Of a DNA stretch of 64,000 nt, positions 19,364 to 34,211 are shown in pieces. The position numbers were made by a program, and so were the translations under genes. Source of the DNA: Alphaproteobacteria bacterium (GTDB lineage: Bacteria > Pseudomonadota > Alphaproteobacteria > UBA2966); the NCBI GenBank assembly GCA_965242505.1, contig OZ251449.1, forward strand, positions 1,708,199 through 1,772,198, in the 5' to 3' direction. Below the pieces are notes generated by a model. That model worked only from the letters and a program-made list of their open reading frames with translations. It searched no databases and was not told the origin of the DNA. The number at the start of each line of letters is the position of its first letter. Within the stretch, counting starts at the first letter, position 1.

Positions 19364-21703
19364 TCAGAACCTGGCGCCGAAGCTGAATCTGAAGACCTCG
19401 TCGCGGTCGAGCGGTTCCTTCTTCAAGGCCCACGCGAAGTCCGTGCGAATGGGACCCAATGGCGACCGCCACGAGAAGCCGAATCCCGCCGATACCCTGG
19501 ACTTTCCGGAGTCGAACACGTTCTCCTCGGAAGCCAGGTCGGGTTTCGCGAGGCTGCCCACGTGCAGGAACAAACTGCCGAAAAACCCCAACTCCCGCAG
19601 ATTGCCCAGCGGAGCCGCAACCTCGGCGGTGCCCACGTAGTAAACGGTGCCGCCGAGAGAGTCGAGCGTGCGCTCGTCACGGGGTCCGACTCCGCCGACG
19701 GCGAAGCCGCGGAAGGAACTGCCTCCGACGAAGAACCGGTCGGCGAGGGCGACCCGCTCGCCGATCCCCAGGATATGCCCCTCCTCGAGCGCCAGCGTTC
19801 CGATCCAGTCACGCCACAAACGCTGGTGATAGGCGTAGTCGAGCCTGTGCCTGAGGTAATGAACGTCTCCGCCCAAGCCGGCCAGGTCCTGGGCGAACCG
19901 AACGACATAGCCTTCCGTCGGGAAGAAGCGGTTGTCACGCAGATCGTACGTGACGGTATGTCCGATCGAGGACGACAGCCGCGTTCCCTCCTGCTCCTTG
20001 ATGAAGCGGGACGCAGTCGCCTCGACGTCCTCGATGCGGTCGTCGCGCAACGTGTAACGCACGGCATGGCGCAATCTTTCCGCGAACGGGTATCCGGCGC
20101 GAAGGGTGAAACCGGTCGAGTCCCTCCTGAAAGACGCGTTTTCCTGCTCCCGCTTCCTGTTGAAGACGTCGACGCCGGCGGCGAGGTCGCGGTTCAGGAA
20201 ATAAGGCTCGGTGAACGCCAGATCGATATCCTGACGGCGCCTGGAGACCGCCAGCGACAGACGCAGATCCTGTCCCCGTCCGAGCAGATTCCGTTCGCGT
20301 ATGCTGATCTCGCCTCCGACCTGATCGCTCGAGGAGTACCCGACGCCGAAGGAAAGCTCCCCGGTCGATTGTTCTCCCACCTCGATGGTGATCGAGGTCC
20401 GGTCGTCGGCGAAGGTGTCGTCCGCGCCTCCCAGAGCCTTTCTGTCGAGGAGACCCTTTTCATCCCTGACCTCGACCTTCTGGAAGAAGCCCAACCCCTG
20501 TATCCGCTGCCGGGACCGGCGCAGTTTGGCGGCGTTGAACGCATCGCCCTCGGCCAGGCGCATTTCACGCCTCACCACGCGGTCCAGGGTCCGAACGTTA
20601 CCGACGATGTCGATACGATCGACGTAGACACGGGGTCCTTCGTCGATGCTGTAGTTGATGGAAATCCGGCGCCCTTCACGATCCCGATCGATTTGCGGTC
20701 GCACGTCGACGAAGGCGTAGCCCAATCGACCGAGTTCGAACGTCAGCTCCTGGATGGAGTCCTCGACCTTGTCGGCGTCGTACGTCTCGCCCGGAACGGT
20801 CGTCAGCAACGGGCGCAGGGTCTCGGTGTCGACCCCCCGCAACTCGGTCGACAGGGCGATGTCGCCGAAGGCGTAGCGCTCGCCTTCCTCGATGGCGATC
20901 GTGACGAAGAAGTCGGCCCGGTTCCGGTCCAGTTCCGCGACGGCGGAAAGGACGCGGAAATCCGCGTAGCCGTTCGCCAGGTAATGCCGCCGAAGAAGCT
21001 CGCGGTCGAAGTTCAGGCGATCCGGATCGTATTTGTCGGCCGACGTGAAAAACCGGTACCAGCGGGCCTCCTTGGTGGATATCACCGACCGCAGCCGCCT
21101 GTCGGAGAAGATCCGGTTGCCGATGAAATGTATCTTTCTGATTTCGGTGAGCGGACCCTCGGATATCTCGAACACGAGATCGACTCGGTTCTGAGGAAGC
21201 CGAATGACCTTGGGCTCGACGGTGGCGGCGAACCGGCCGCTACGCCGATAAACCTGGACGAGTCTCTGGGCGTCGCCCCGAACGCGCGAACGCGTGTAGA
21301 CGATTCTCGGTCGAAGCTGGACCTCCGCCTCCAGGGCTTCATCCTCGATCCGGCGGTTCCCCTCGAACGCCAGCCTGTTGACGATCGGGTTCTCGACCAC
21401 ATCGACCACGAGGGCATCGCCCTCCCGATGAATGTCGATGTCTGCGAACAGCCCCGTCGCATAGAGCGACTTCAGGGCTTCGTCGATCTCCGAAGCGCCG
21501 ACGCGGTCGCCGACGGCGACCCCGACGTACGATCGGACCGTGTCTTCCTCGATGCGCTGGCTCCCTCGCACATGAACCTCGCCGACGACGAACGAAGCGT
21601 CGGATTGGGCGACCGCGGGAAGGGACGCCATCAACGGGACGACGACCAGCGCCGCCGCCGCGAAGGCGCGGCAACCGCCGAGAGTTCGACGAACCGTCGA
21701 CAT
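19364..21703 (-). CDS. bamA: Outer membrane protein assembly factor BamA
   Basis: POTRA repeats (RIE...LYATGLF, GNVRTLDRVVRRE), RGF motif, C-terminal FSFGARF. Confidence 0.96.
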   Translation of the reverse strand: MSTVRRTLGGCRAFAAAALVVVPLMASLPAVAQSDASFVVGEVHVRGSQRIEEDTVRSYVGVAVGDRVGASEIDEALKSLYATGLFADIDIHREGDALVVDVVENPIVNRLAFEGNRRIEDEALEAEVQLRPRIVYTRSRVRGDAQRLVQVYRRSGRFAATVEPKVIRLPQNRVDLVFEISEGPLTEIRKIHFIGNRIFSDRRLRSVISTKEARWYRFFTSADKYDPDRLNFDRELLRRHYLANGYADFRVLSAVAELDRNRADFFVTIAIEEGERYAFGDIALSTELRGVDTETLRPLLTTVPGETYDADKVEDSIQELTFELGRLGYAFVDVRPQIDRDREGRRISINYSIDEGPRVYVDRIDIVGNVRTLDRVVRREMRLAEGDAFNAAKLRRSRQRIQGLGFFQKVEVRDEKGLLDRKALGGADDTFADDRTSITIEVGEQSTGELSFGVGYSSSDQVGGEISIRERNLLGRGQDLRLSLAVSRRRQDIDLAFTEPYFLNRDLAAGVDVFNRKREQENASFRRDSTGFTLRAGYPFAERLRHAVRYTLRDDRIEDVEATASRFIKEQEGTRLSSSIGHTVTYDLRDNRFFPTEGYVVRFAQDLAGLGGDVHYLRHRLDYAYHQRLWRDWIGTLALEEGHILGIGERVALADRFFVGGSSFRGFAVGGVGPRDERTLDSLGGTVYYVGTAEVAAPLGNLRELGFFGSLFLHVGSLAKPDLASEENVFDSGKSRVSAGFGFSWRSPLGPIRTDFAWALKKEPLDRDEVFRFSFGARF

Positions 21704-22836
21704 CACGAGAAAAACCCCGCCATGTATTCGAATACTTCCAATTGAACGAGATCGTTCCACGTCGCCACCATCATCAAGGCCGCCACCAAGGCCAGTCCAA
21801 CACGAAAACTGTATTCCCGCGCTTTCGCGCCCAGCGGTTTTCCCCGCAGCGCTTCGAACGCGTAGAACAAGAGGTGGCCGCCGTCCAGGACCGGTATGGG
21901 GAACAGATTTATCAGCCCCAGGCTGATCGACAGAACGGCCATGAACTGAACGACCGAAGTCACCCCGACCTGGGCCGCCTGACCCGACATCTGCACGATA
22001 CCGATGGGGCCGCGCAAGTCGTCCGGCGGCCGCGACCCGACGATCATTTGCCCGACATATTGCAACGTCAGGACGGTGAACGTGTACGTCTGCCTCGTGG
22101 CGTGCCAGACCGCGCTCAGCGGGTCATGACGGATGAAATCGACGCCGCTTCGCTGAATGCCGAGAAACCCGACCTCATGCGCGTTGCCGAACCGGTCGGT
22201 GAGCGTCCGCACCCCCGGCGTCACGTTCAGTTCCAGCTGGCGGCCGTCTCGCGCCACGAGCACGACGAGCGGCCGGCCCGGACTCGCCAGAACGAGTTGC
22301 TGCATCTCTTCGAACCGCTCGATGTCCCGGCCGTCGATCTCGACCACCCTGTCGCCGGCCCGGAACCCCGCCGCCTCCGCCGCCGTGTCGGGGATGATCT
22401 CGTGGATGACGGGGGGCGTGAACGGCTGACCGACAACCGCGAAGAGTCCGGCCAGAAGCGCCACTGCAAGCAGAAAGTTCGCGATGGGGCCGCCCGACAC
22501 GACGGCGGTCCGCACCCTCAACGGCTTGTCCTCGAAATACCGACCTTCGCGCTCCGCGGACGGATCCGATTCCCGCGCGCTTCGCACCGAGGCGGGGTCC
22601 GAGTCCCCCAGAAACGTCACGTACCCACCCAGGGGCAACCAGCCGATGCGCCACCGCGTACCCCTGGAGTCGCGCCAGTGGCAGATTTCGCGGCCAAATC
22701 CTATGGAGAAGGTCTGGACGGCGACGCCGCACCAGCGCGCCACGAGGTAGTGGCCCATCTCGTGCACGAACACCAGCACCGTCAACACGAAAAGAAACGG
22801 CGCCAGGTAGGTCCAGATACCGCTCAGGAATTCCAT
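21703..22836 (-). CDS. rseP: Intramembrane metalloprotease RseP
   Basis: HEMGH, PDZ domain, NLFPIPVLDGG. Confidence 0.96.
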   Translation of the reverse strand: MEFLSGIWTYLAPFLFVLTVLVFVHEMGHYLVARWCGVAVQTFSIGFGREICHWRDSRGTRWRIGWLPLGGYVTFLGDSDPASVRSARESDPSAEREGRYFEDKPLRVRTAVVSGGPIANFLLAVALLAGLFAVVGQPFTPPVIHEIIPDTAAEAAGFRAGDRVVEIDGRDIERFEEMQQLVLASPGRPLVVLVARDGRQLELNVTPGVRTLTDRFGNAHEVGFLGIQRSGVDFIRHDPLSAVWHATRQTYTFTVLTLQYVGQMIVGSRPPDDLRGPIGIVQMSGQAAQVGVTSVVQFMAVLSISLGLINLFPIPVLDGGHLLFYAFEALRGKPLGAKAREYSFRVGLALVAALMMVATWNDLVQLEVFEYMAGFFS

Positions 22837-24078
22837 TCAGCCGAGCCTTCGCCCCGGAAGAATCCGGCGCGCGTCATCCCACGCATCCGCCTGCGCCCCC
22901 CGCCCCACGTATTCGCGCGCGACCCTGCGCGCCTCGCAATCGATCGCGAGCACATCTTCCAGAGAATGTGCGGTCCTGCCAACCATCGCGTCCAAAACAC
23001 GTTCGACGATCTCGGCGATTCTCAGAAAACCCAGCGCACCATCGAGAAATCCCTCCACCGCCACTTCGTTCGCCGCGTTGAGGACGGCCGGCGCCGCCCC
23101 TCCCTGTTCCAACGCCGCCCTCGCCAAACGCAGCGCCGGGAACCGGTTCGCGTCGGGCCGCTCGAACGTGAGCCGGCCCAGTTCGGCGAGATCGAGCCGC
23201 GCCGCCGGCGTCCGCATCCGGGACGGCCAGCCCAAGGCGTAGGCGATGGGCGTTCGCATGTCGGGCATCCCGAGTTGCGCCAGGACGGAACCGTCGACAT
23301 AGGCGACCAGACTGTGCACCACCGACTGCGGGTGGATCAGGACCTCTATTCTGTCTTCGGGAAACTGAAAGATGTGGTGGGCCTCGATCAACTCGAGCCC
23401 CTTGTTCATCATCGTCGCCGAATCGACGGAGATCTTCGCGCCCATGTTCCACGTGGGATGCGCCACGGCCTGGGCCGGGGTGACGTGCGCCATGACCTCG
23501 GGATCGAGCGTCCTGAACGGTCCGCCCGATGCCGTCAGGATCACACGCTCGACCGTATCGCGACGATCGAAGTCGAATACCTGAAAGATGGCGTTGTGCT
23601 CGGAATCGACGGGGAGAAGGGTCCCGCCGCCGGCTCCGATCTCCTCCATCAACAACGTCCCCGCACTGACGAGGCATTCCTTGTTGGCGAGCGCGACAAT
23701 GGCGCCGCGTCGGGCCGCCGCCAGCGTGGGTTCCAGTCCCGCCGCGCCCACGATGGCGGCCATGACCCACTCGGCGGGGCGTCCCGCCGCCTCGACGAGC
23801 GCGTCCCGCCCCGCCTCCACCCGAACGCCCGTCCCCGACAATTCGGCCTTCAGTTCGGAGTACCCGGCCTTGTCCGCGATCACGGCGAGTTCCGGCCTGA
23901 ACCGCGACGCCTGCTCGGCCAGGAGCGCGCAGTTCGTGTTCGCGGTGAGCGCCTCGACGACGTACTCGCCGGAACTTCTGGCGATCAGGTCCAACGTGTT
24001 GCGACCCACCGAACCCGTCGAACCGAGCACCGTCACGGTCCGCGCCGCGCCGTCCGCGTCTGGCATCGTCATGGCCAT
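22837..24078 (-). CDS. dxr: 1-deoxy-D-xylulose-5-phosphate reductoisomerase
   Basis: LGSTGSVG, LANKE, PVDSEH, TASGGPF, NKGLELIEA, LNAANE. Confidence 0.97.
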   Translation of the reverse strand: MAMTMPDADGAARTVTVLGSTGSVGRNTLDLIARSSGEYVVEALTANTNCALLAEQASRFRPELAVIADKAGYSELKAELSGTGVRVEAGRDALVEAAGRPAEWVMAAIVGAAGLEPTLAAARRGAIVALANKECLVSAGTLLMEEIGAGGGTLLPVDSEHNAIFQVFDFDRRDTVERVILTASGGPFRTLDPEVMAHVTPAQAVAHPTWNMGAKISVDSATMMNKGLELIEAHHIFQFPEDRIEVLIHPQSVVHSLVAYVDGSVLAQLGMPDMRTPIAYALGWPSRMRTPAARLDLAELGRLTFERPDANRFPALRLARAALEQGGAAPAVLNAANEVAVEGFLDGALGFLRIAEIVERVLDAMVGRTAHSLEDVLAIDCEARRVAREYVGRGAQADAWDDARRILPGRRLG

Positions 24079-24881
24079 AAAGGCGCGGTCCCTCCGCTCG
24101 CCGCGGCCATCGCGGCGACGGCCATGGCGCCGAACAACAGGCTGTCCAGGCGATCGAGAACCCCGCCGTGCCCCGGAATGACGGCGCCCATATCCTTTAC
24201 GCCGAAGCGGCGTTTCACCGCCGAGACCGCCAAGTCGCCGCCCTGCCCGACCAACGAGACCAGAATACTGGCCAGAACCGTCCTGGTCGTCGACGCGTCC
24301 GGCAACAGGACCGCCGTCGCCAAGCCGATCAAGGCGCCAGCGCCCGTCCCGCCGACGCAACCGGCCCACGTCTTGCCCGGGCTGATTGCCGGCGCGAGAC
24401 GCGGCCCGCCGACCCACCTGCCCACGACGTAGGCGCCGCTGTCCGTCGCCCACAACACGGCCAACAACCACGCGATCACCGTCATCCCCTCGCCAGCGCC
24501 TCGCAGCCATATCAGACAGACTGCGGGCGCGCCCACGACGATCAGGCCGGCCGCCGGCCAGCGGGAATACGCGCCGTCCTTTCGGGGAACGACGAGATCG
24601 ACGAACGCGCCGACCCCGACGAGGGCCAAGGCCGGTCCGACGCCACCGGTCGAGGCGGCCGACAACGCGGCCAGGATCGTGACGACCCCGATGAAGGCAT
24701 GGCGCCCCGCTCGCCCCCCGCCCGTGACCCGCTCCCATTCGCACGTCATGAACGTGACCGCGACGGCCGCGAGGAGCGAGAACGCCCACCCTCCGAAATA
24801 GACGGCCGCCAAGGCGACGGGAACGAGGATTATCGCGGCGATCACACGTCGAAAGAGTTCGCTGGACACACGTTCAGCCAC
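24069..24881 (-). CDS. cdsA: Phosphatidate cytidylyltransferase
   Basis: WATDSGAY, ISPGKTW, KRRFGVKD..IPGHGGVLDRLDS; start approximate. Confidence 0.93.
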   Translation of the reverse strand: MAERVSSELFRRVIAAIILVPVALAAVYFGGWAFSLLAAVAVTFMTCEWERVTGGGRAGRHAFIGVVTILAALSAASTGGVGPALALVGVGAFVDLVVPRKDGAYSRWPAAGLIVVGAPAVCLIWLRGAGEGMTVIAWLLAVLWATDSGAYVVGRWVGGPRLAPAISPGKTWAGCVGGTGAGALIGLATAVLLPDASTTRTVLASILVSLVGQGGDLAVSAVKRRFGVKDMGAVIPGHGGVLDRLDSLLFGAMAVAAMAAASGGTAPLWP

Positions 24882-25605
24882 TGCTGGCGCCGTACCGCCG
24901 GTCGCGGCCGTGATATTCGCCGACGGCTTCCTCAAGGCTTCGTTTGGTGAAATCGGGCCACAGGGTGTCCACGAAGACGAGCTCGGAATAGGCGAGCTGC
25001 CAAAGCAGAAAGTTGCTGAGGCGTTGTTCGCCGCTGGTCCGAATCAGAAGGTCGGGAGGCGGCGTGTTCGCCGTATCGAGAAAGCCTTCGAACACGTCCT
25101 CGGTAATGGAGTCGAGGCCCAGCGCGCCTTCCGACACGGCCTGCGCGATGCGCTTGCACGCACCGAGGATCTCGTTGTGGCTGCCGTAGTTGATGGCGAC
25201 CGTCAGGGTCAGGCCGGCGTTCGCGCGCGTCTTCGTTTCCGCTTCCTCGATCAGCGACTTGATATCGCCGGCGAGCGACGCCCGGTCTCCGATAAAACGC
25301 AATCGAACGCCGTTACCGTGAAGCGCGTTTATTTCCTGCGCCAGATAATGTCGAAGCAGCGTCATCAGGTCGTCCACCTCGGAAGGGGGACGTTTCCAGT
25401 TCTCCGACGAAAACGCGTAGAGCGTGAGATAGGAGATACCGAGCTCCCCGCAACTCTCCACCGCCACCCGGACGGCTTCGGCGCCTCTCTGGTGTCCGGC
25501 CGCTCTGGAAAGCCCCCGGGCTTTCGCCCAGCGCCCGTTGCCGTCCATGATGATGGCGACGTGCGCAGGAGGTCCTGCAAACTGGTCGGAATCGAACGCC
25601 CGCAT
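24874..25605 (-). CDS. uppS: Undecaprenyl diphosphate synthase
   Basis: HVAIIMDGNGRWA, YAFSSENWKRP, DLLIRTSGEQRLSNFLLWQ. Confidence 0.97.
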   Translation of the reverse strand: MRAFDSDQFAGPPAHVAIIMDGNGRWAKARGLSRAAGHQRGAEAVRVAVESCGELGISYLTLYAFSSENWKRPPSEVDDLMTLLRHYLAQEINALHGNGVRLRFIGDRASLAGDIKSLIEEAETKTRANAGLTLTVAINYGSHNEILGACKRIAQAVSEGALGLDSITEDVFEGFLDTANTPPPDLLIRTSGEQRLSNFLLWQLAYSELVFVDTLWPDFTKRSLEEAVGEYHGRDRRYGASSG

Positions 25606-25608
25606 CGA

Positions 25609-26166
25609 CTAAACCCGCAATATCTCCTCTTCCTTGGCGGCCGCGGTCTCGTCGATCCTGGCCACCATTTCGTCCGTCAACTGCTGGATTTCGTCTGACC
25701 AGGCCCGATGCTCGTCCCGCGACATCTCGCCATCCTTCTCCATCCGCCTGAGCGAGTCCATGCCGTCGCGCCGCACGTTGCGCACGGCCACCCGGGCCTG
25801 TTCCGCGTACTTGCCCGCGACCCTGGTGAGTTCCTGGCGACGCTCCTCGTTGAGTTCCGGAATGGGAACGCGGATCAGCTGACCGTCGACGGCGGGATTG
25901 AGACCCAATCCGGAGGTCAGGATCGCCTTTTCGACCGCCTTGACCGCGCCCTTGTCCCATACCTGGACCGTCAGGAGACGCGGTTCGGGGACGTTGACGT
26001 GCGCCAGTTGGTTCAGCGGCATTTGACCGCCGTAGGCATCGACCGTGATCGGCTCCAGCAAGCTGGCCGAGGCCCGGCCCGTGCGAAGACCGGCGAATTC
26101 CTGCTTCAGAACCTCCAGCGCACCCGCCATGCGGCGTTGAATTCCATCGATATCCGGATCAGCCAT
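25609..26166 (-). CDS. frr: Ribosome recycling factor
   Basis: [30 protein letters not shown]. Confidence 0.97.
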   Translation of the reverse strand: MADPDIDGIQRRMAGALEVLKQEFAGLRTGRASASLLEPITVDAYGGQMPLNQLAHVNVPEPRLLTVQVWDKGAVKAVEKAILTSGLGLNPAVDGQLIRVPIPELNEERRQELTRVAGKYAEQARVAVRNVRRDGMDSLRRMEKDGEMSRDEHRAWSDEIQQLTDEMVARIDETAAAKEEEILRV

Positions 26167-26896
26167 GCCCCCGCTCCTCCTCGCCGATCGTCGTGTACGT
26201 GCCTTGGCCGCACACCACGTCGGCAAACGAACCCGCCGTCCGAATGGAAAACACGAGGATCGGGATCGCGTTTTCACGCGCCAGGGAAATCGCCGCAGCG
26301 TCCATCACCTTGAGGTCCTCGGACAGCACGTCCATATAGCTCAAGGTATCATATCTCCGGGCGGTCCCGCTCTTCCGCGGATCGGCCGAATAGACGCCGT
26401 CGACCCGCGTGCCCTTCAGCAAGGCATCGCATCCCATCTCGGTGGCGCGCAGGGCGGCGGCGGTATCCGTGGTGAAGAACGGATTTCCGGTCCCGCCCGC
26501 GAAGATGACCACCCGGCCCTTTTCCAGGTGACGCAGCGCCCGGCGACGTATGTAGGGCTCGCAGACCGTCGTCATCGGAATGGCCGACAACACCCGCGTG
26601 TCGACCCCGCGCGCCTCGAGCGCGCCCTGAATCGCGACGGCATTGATGACCGTCGCCAACATGCCCATGTAATCGGCGCTGGCCCTGTCCAACCCGGCGG
26701 CGGCGCCCGAAACCCCGCGGAAGATGTTCCCGCCCCCGATCACGACGCACACCTCGACGCCGAGATCCCGAACGGCCTCGATGTCGCGCGAGATTCGATC
26801 GACCGTCGAAAAATCGACGGCGCGGGCGGAGTCGCCGAGAAGCGCCTCGCCCGATGCTTTCAGCAAGACTCGCCGGAACCTGGCGACACGCGGCAT
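26159..26896 (-). CDS. pyrH: Uridylate kinase
   Basis: [44 protein letters not shown]. Confidence 0.97.
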   Translation of the reverse strand: MPRVARFRRVLLKASGEALLGDSARAVDFSTVDRISRDIEAVRDLGVEVCVVIGGGNIFRGVSGAAAGLDRASADYMGMLATVINAVAIQGALEARGVDTRVLSAIPMTTVCEPYIRRRALRHLEKGRVVIFAGGTGNPFFTTDTAAALRATEMGCDALLKGTRVDGVYSADPRKSGTARRYDTLSYMDVLSEDLKVMDAAAISLARENAIPILVFSIRTAGSFADVVCGQGTYTTIGEEERGHG

Positions 26897-27007
26897 GGGG
26901 CTTCCGGGCTGAAGGTCATCGAGTCGTTCCGGACATGGATCGACCGAGCGCACCCTACAGCATTCGCGCCGCGCCGCGAAGGGAAAGGGCTACGCGCCGC
27001 GAGCGGT

Positions 27008-27476
27008 TAGCCCGCATTTCTCATATTGCTTGTCCGCAAGCTTCATCCGGCGACGGGGGCGCCGCAGGGTCCGTTCGCGCTCCTTCCCCCTGGCGCGCCC
27101 CATAAGCGCTAACTTGTTTCCCAGCGTGGCATTGCTCGCGCTGATTCGGTCCACTGAAGCCGAGGAACGCAAGGCAAAACGCGGATCAGGGCGGGTGAGT
27201 GAGGCCAGTATCTCCAAAATCCGGGTCTGAACTGCCGTGTCATCGCGAATTCCGACCATTGGAGGCCCCCGGAACATGAAGAATCCAAACAAGTTAGCGC
27301 TTATGCTGGCGCGCCCCCCCACCCCGACCCTCCCCCTGCCAAGGGGAGGGAGAAGAGGGGGACGCGCCAACCCGCGCGCTCTCCTCCCCTTGGACGGATG
27401 ACGGGAGGGGGGTGGATCGCGGTCCCGCAACGCCGCGCAACCCTCGGTCCTCCACCGGTATGAGAAATGAGGGTTA
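27008..27476. mobile_element. TA-ended MITE-like element with internal REP-like hairpins (complete copy)
   Basis: 18-bp terminal inverted repeats TAGCCCGCATTTCTCATA (27008-27025) and TATGAGAAATGAGGGTTA (27459-27476; 16/18); related partial copies at 14916, 33801 and 5053. Confidence 0.8.
27101..27305. mobile_element. 205-bp MITE nested inside the previous element (IS4-family-like ends)
   Basis: Perfect 19-bp TIR CATAAGCGCTAACTTGTTT / AAACAAGTTAGCGCTTATG; 11-bp target duplication CTGGCGCGCCC at 27090-27100 and 27306-27316. Confidence 0.9.
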
Positions 27477-28400
27477 GCCAGACACTTGCGCGGCGACCTC
27501 GGCGGCGAAATCGGTTTCTTCGCGCTCGATGCCCTCGCCCAGGACGTATCTCACGAACCCGGTCAACTCGATGTCCGAACCCAGGTCCTTCGCGGCCTGT
27601 TCCATGACCCTGGATACCTTCGTCTCGCCGTCTATGACGAAGGTCTGCTCGCTCAGAACCGATTCCTCGTAGAACTTGCGGAGGCGTCCTTCCGTCATCT
27701 TGGCGACGATATCGTCCGGCTTGCCGGACTGGCGCGCCTGTTCCGCCAGCACCGCCCGTTCCCGCTCGACCACCGCGGGGTCCAACGACTCGACCGACAG
27801 GGACAGGGGGGCGGCGGCCGCGACGTGCATCGCGATCCGCTTGCCGAGTTCCGAGAGCGCCTCCGTGTCGCCGTCGGACTCGAGGGCCACGAGCACGCCG
27901 ATCTTGCCGAGATTGGGAGCCGCGGCGTTGTGGACGTAACTCGCCACCACGCCCGACCGCACGGAAAGAGCGTCTGACCTGCGGAACCGGACGTTTTCGC
28001 CGACCGTCGCGATCATGTGCCGAACCTGCTCGCCGACGGCGCGCGATTCGCCCGGACAGGACGCCGCCAGCGTAGCGTCGTAGTCGCCCCGATTCGCCAA
28101 TGCCGCATCGGCGACGGCTCGAACGAATTCCTGGAACGAGCCGTTGCGCGCCACGAAATCGGTTTCGGAGTTGACTTCCACGACCGCGGCGGCGCGCCCG
28201 GAAACCGCGACCCCCACGAGGCCTTCCGCCGCGACCCGCTCCGCCTTCCTGGCCGCCGCGGCCAAGCCCTTGGTGCGAAGCCAGTCGACGGCCGCGTCCA
28301 TGTCGCCACCGTTTTCGGCGAGGGCCTGCTTGCAGTCCATCATGCCGGCGCCGGTGCGCTCCCGGAGGGTCTTTACCTCCGATGCCGAGATACTTGCCAT
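27474..28400 (-). CDS. tsf: Elongation factor Ts
   Basis: [36 protein letters not shown]. Confidence 0.97.
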   Translation of the reverse strand: MASISASEVKTLRERTGAGMMDCKQALAENGGDMDAAVDWLRTKGLAAAARKAERVAAEGLVGVAVSGRAAAVVEVNSETDFVARNGSFQEFVRAVADAALANRGDYDATLAASCPGESRAVGEQVRHMIATVGENVRFRRSDALSVRSGVVASYVHNAAAPNLGKIGVLVALESDGDTEALSELGKRIAMHVAAAAPLSLSVESLDPAVVERERAVLAEQARQSGKPDDIVAKMTEGRLRKFYEESVLSEQTFVIDGETKVSRVMEQAAKDLGSDIELTGFVRYVLGEGIEREETDFAAEVAAQVSG

Positions 28401-28465
28401 GTTTCCACCTACGTACGATCGGCGTCCGACCCCGCCCGGTCGACCGCCCCGATGCCGGGTTCCGG

Positions 28466-29368
28466 CTAACCGGCGGCCGGCCGCGCCGCTTCCCCGACGG
28501 CTTCCCCTCCCGTGTCCGCTGGTTCGGGGTTCCCGGGAAGAGCTTCGGAAGACGCATCCGCCGCTTCCGGTTCGGCGCCATCGGACTCCGCGCCGTCCCC
28601 GTCCGCATCCCCGTCGTCGGGAATTGCCTCCGATACGGGAACTTCCGCCTGGCCCACGTCTTCGCCGCGCGCAGACATTTCCGCCTGAATTCCGCCGAGC
28701 ACGGACCGGACCACGAGGTCGCAATACAAGTTGATGGCCCGCAGCGCATCGTCGTTCCCCGGTATGGGATAAGTAATCCCCACGGGGTCCGAGTTGCTGT
28801 CGACGATCGCGACCACGGGAATGCCGAGCTTCCGCCCTTCCTTTATGGCGATGTCTTCCCTGTTCGTGTCGATCACGAACAGGAGATCCGGGATACCGCC
28901 CATTTCCTTGATTCCGCCGAGCGCGCGTTCGAGTCGGTCGCGTTCGCGGGTCAGACGCAGCAATTCCTTCTTCGTCAGGCCGACGTCGTCGTCGTCCGCC
29001 AGCATCCCGTCCAGGTCCTTGAGGCGCTTGATCGAGATGGAGATCGTGCTCCAGTTGGTCAACATGCCGCCCAGCCAGCGATGATTGACGTAATACTGGC
29101 CGCAGCGCCGGGCCGCCTCCGTCAACGGCAGAGACGCTTGGCGCTTGGTCCCGACGAACAGCACGCGACCGCCGGACGACACGATGTCGCGCACCGCGCC
29201 GAGCGCCCGATGGAGCATCGGCACGGTCTGCTCGAGGTCGATGATGTGGATCCCGTTGCGCACGCCGAAAATGTACTGGGACATCCTCGGGTTCCAACGG
29301 TGAGTCTGATGCCCGAAATGCACGCCGGCTTCCAGCAGCTGGCGCATCGTAAAGGTCGGCGCAACCAT
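28466..29368 (-). CDS. rpsB: 30S ribosomal protein S2
   Basis: [26 protein letters not shown]; acidic C-terminal extension. Confidence 0.98.
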   Translation of the reverse strand: MVAPTFTMRQLLEAGVHFGHQTHRWNPRMSQYIFGVRNGIHIIDLEQTVPMLHRALGAVRDIVSSGGRVLFVGTKRQASLPLTEAARRCGQYYVNHRWLGGMLTNWSTISISIKRLKDLDGMLADDDDVGLTKKELLRLTRERDRLERALGGIKEMGGIPDLLFVIDTNREDIAIKEGRKLGIPVVAIVDSNSDPVGITYPIPGNDDALRAINLYCDLVVRSVLGGIQAEMSARGEDVGQAEVPVSEAIPDDGDADGDGAESDGAEPEAADASSEALPGNPEPADTGGEAVGEAARPAAG

Positions 29369-29579
29369 TTTCGCGTCCTTCTCCGGTTCATCCGCCGCGG
29401 GGCTCGGTCCGTCGCGACCCCCTGGATCCGACGAACACCGGATCGACGTTCCGATTCTCTATCGTCGGAAGGCCGCATCCCGCGTGAGGGTTCGCGCCGG
29501 CCGAACGGCCAACGCTCAGGGCCGCTGGATACCCGCCGGACGCCGCATATGCAAGGAAATTCCGGCCGGGGCGCTTGTC

Positions 29580-33071
<3,492 letters not shown>

Positions 33072-33243
33072 GATCCTCACGTCATGCTGGACGCGGCATC
33101 ATCTCATAGCCGACCGCATTGGATAAGGCGAACGAAACGCGAATCCGACTGAATGTCGCGGATCGGCGGCGCGCGCCGGGCATCGCTACCGGGCGGACGA
33201 GCCCTCCGAAACGGTTCAGCGCGTCAAGCCTGCTCCGGCGGAC

Positions 33244-33561
33244 TCAATCGATGGGGTCGAGCGTGACGGCCAAGCGCCTGGTAATGAGCGGGCGAACGGT
33301 ATCCGCCCACTCTCCGGTGTTGGCCGCCTTCCGCCACGTCTCCGAGTCGCGGGTCTCCGGGGAGTCGACCTCATACAACGCGAAGTAGGTCGGCACGTCG
33401 AGATCGCCGTCCACCTTGTTCACCCTGTAGCGCTTCGCCCCATGCACCCCGGGGACGCTCAGGAGCGCCGGGATATGGTCTTCGCTGTACAACCGATTGA
33501 ATTCCTCGTCGCTGACGCTCTCGGGCTTTTCCACCATCACCATGACCAACGTCTTCGACAT
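33244..33561 (-). CDS. Small dimeric alpha/beta-barrel (EthD/DUF4286-like) protein
   Basis: EEFNRLYSEDHIPALLSVPGV...RY, YFALYEVDS pattern; SD GAGGAGG. Confidence 0.75.
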   Translation of the reverse strand: MSKTLVMVMVEKPESVSDEEFNRLYSEDHIPALLSVPGVHGAKRYRVNKVDGDLDVPTYFALYEVDSPETRDSETWRKAANTGEWADTVRPLITRRLAVTLDPID

Positions 33562-33800
33562 GACGCCTCCTCCTCGATCGTGTCTCGTTTCCATGGACGA
33601 CCGCTCGGGATCACGGCGCCCGCAGCGCGCCGCACTCCTTCGGACGGTCGGCCTCTTCCTCCGTATACCCCAATTCCCGCCACCTCGGCATCGCGCTCTC
33701 CATACCGCGGCGCGGGCCGGTGGACCGAGACGAGCGATCCCGGAAGAACCATCCCACCCTCGCTCGGGCGCGTGGAATAGTGAAAGAACCCGATCGCCCG

Positions 33801-33953
33801 TAGCCCGCATTGTCTCATACCGGTGGAAGATCGAGGATTGGCGGCGTTGCGGGACCGCGATCCACCCCCCTTCCCGACCTCCCCCTTGTCAGAGGGGAGG
33901 AGCGCGAACGGCCCCTGTGGCGCCCCCGTCGCCGGATGAGGCTTGCGGACAAG
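33801..33953. repeat. Partial, reverse-oriented copy of the TA-ended MITE-like family
   Basis: Starts TAGCCCGCATTGTCTCATA; reverse complement is colinear with both ends of 27029-27476 but has only one REP-like hairpin. Confidence 0.8.
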
Positions 33954-34125
33954 GATGCGGCGATACGACGCGGGCGTATCCCGCCTTCCCGAGCGGGGGA
34001 TCGAGGGCGCGGCCAGAAATACGCTCGGCCAGCATGAAGGCCGCCATGGTCTTGATCACCGGCGCCTCGACCTTCTGCCCTTCCCCCGTCCGCGACCGGT
34101 GGTGGAGCGCGCCGAGAATGGCCTG
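33954..34125 (-). pseudogene. CaiB/BaiF (family III CoA-transferase) internal fragment
   Basis: Minus-strand translation [16 protein letters not shown] / [41 protein letters not shown] with one frameshift; resembles the AILAALxxRxRTGxGQxV motif. Confidence 0.65.
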
Positions 34126-34211
34126 ACTCGCCGCCCGGCTTGTTCCTCCTTCCCGAATCGCGCTACCTTCATCCCGTGGATGGCGCGCGGCACAGGGATC
34201 GGAACCGGGAC

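Noticed and set aside
28466-28680. Acidic low-complexity C-terminal tail of S2
   Set aside because: A common feature of alphaproteobacterial RpsB.
29369-29579. rpsB leader RNA (S2 autoregulatory element)
   Set aside because: Expected by position, but I could not verify its structure by eye; a covariance-model search is needed.
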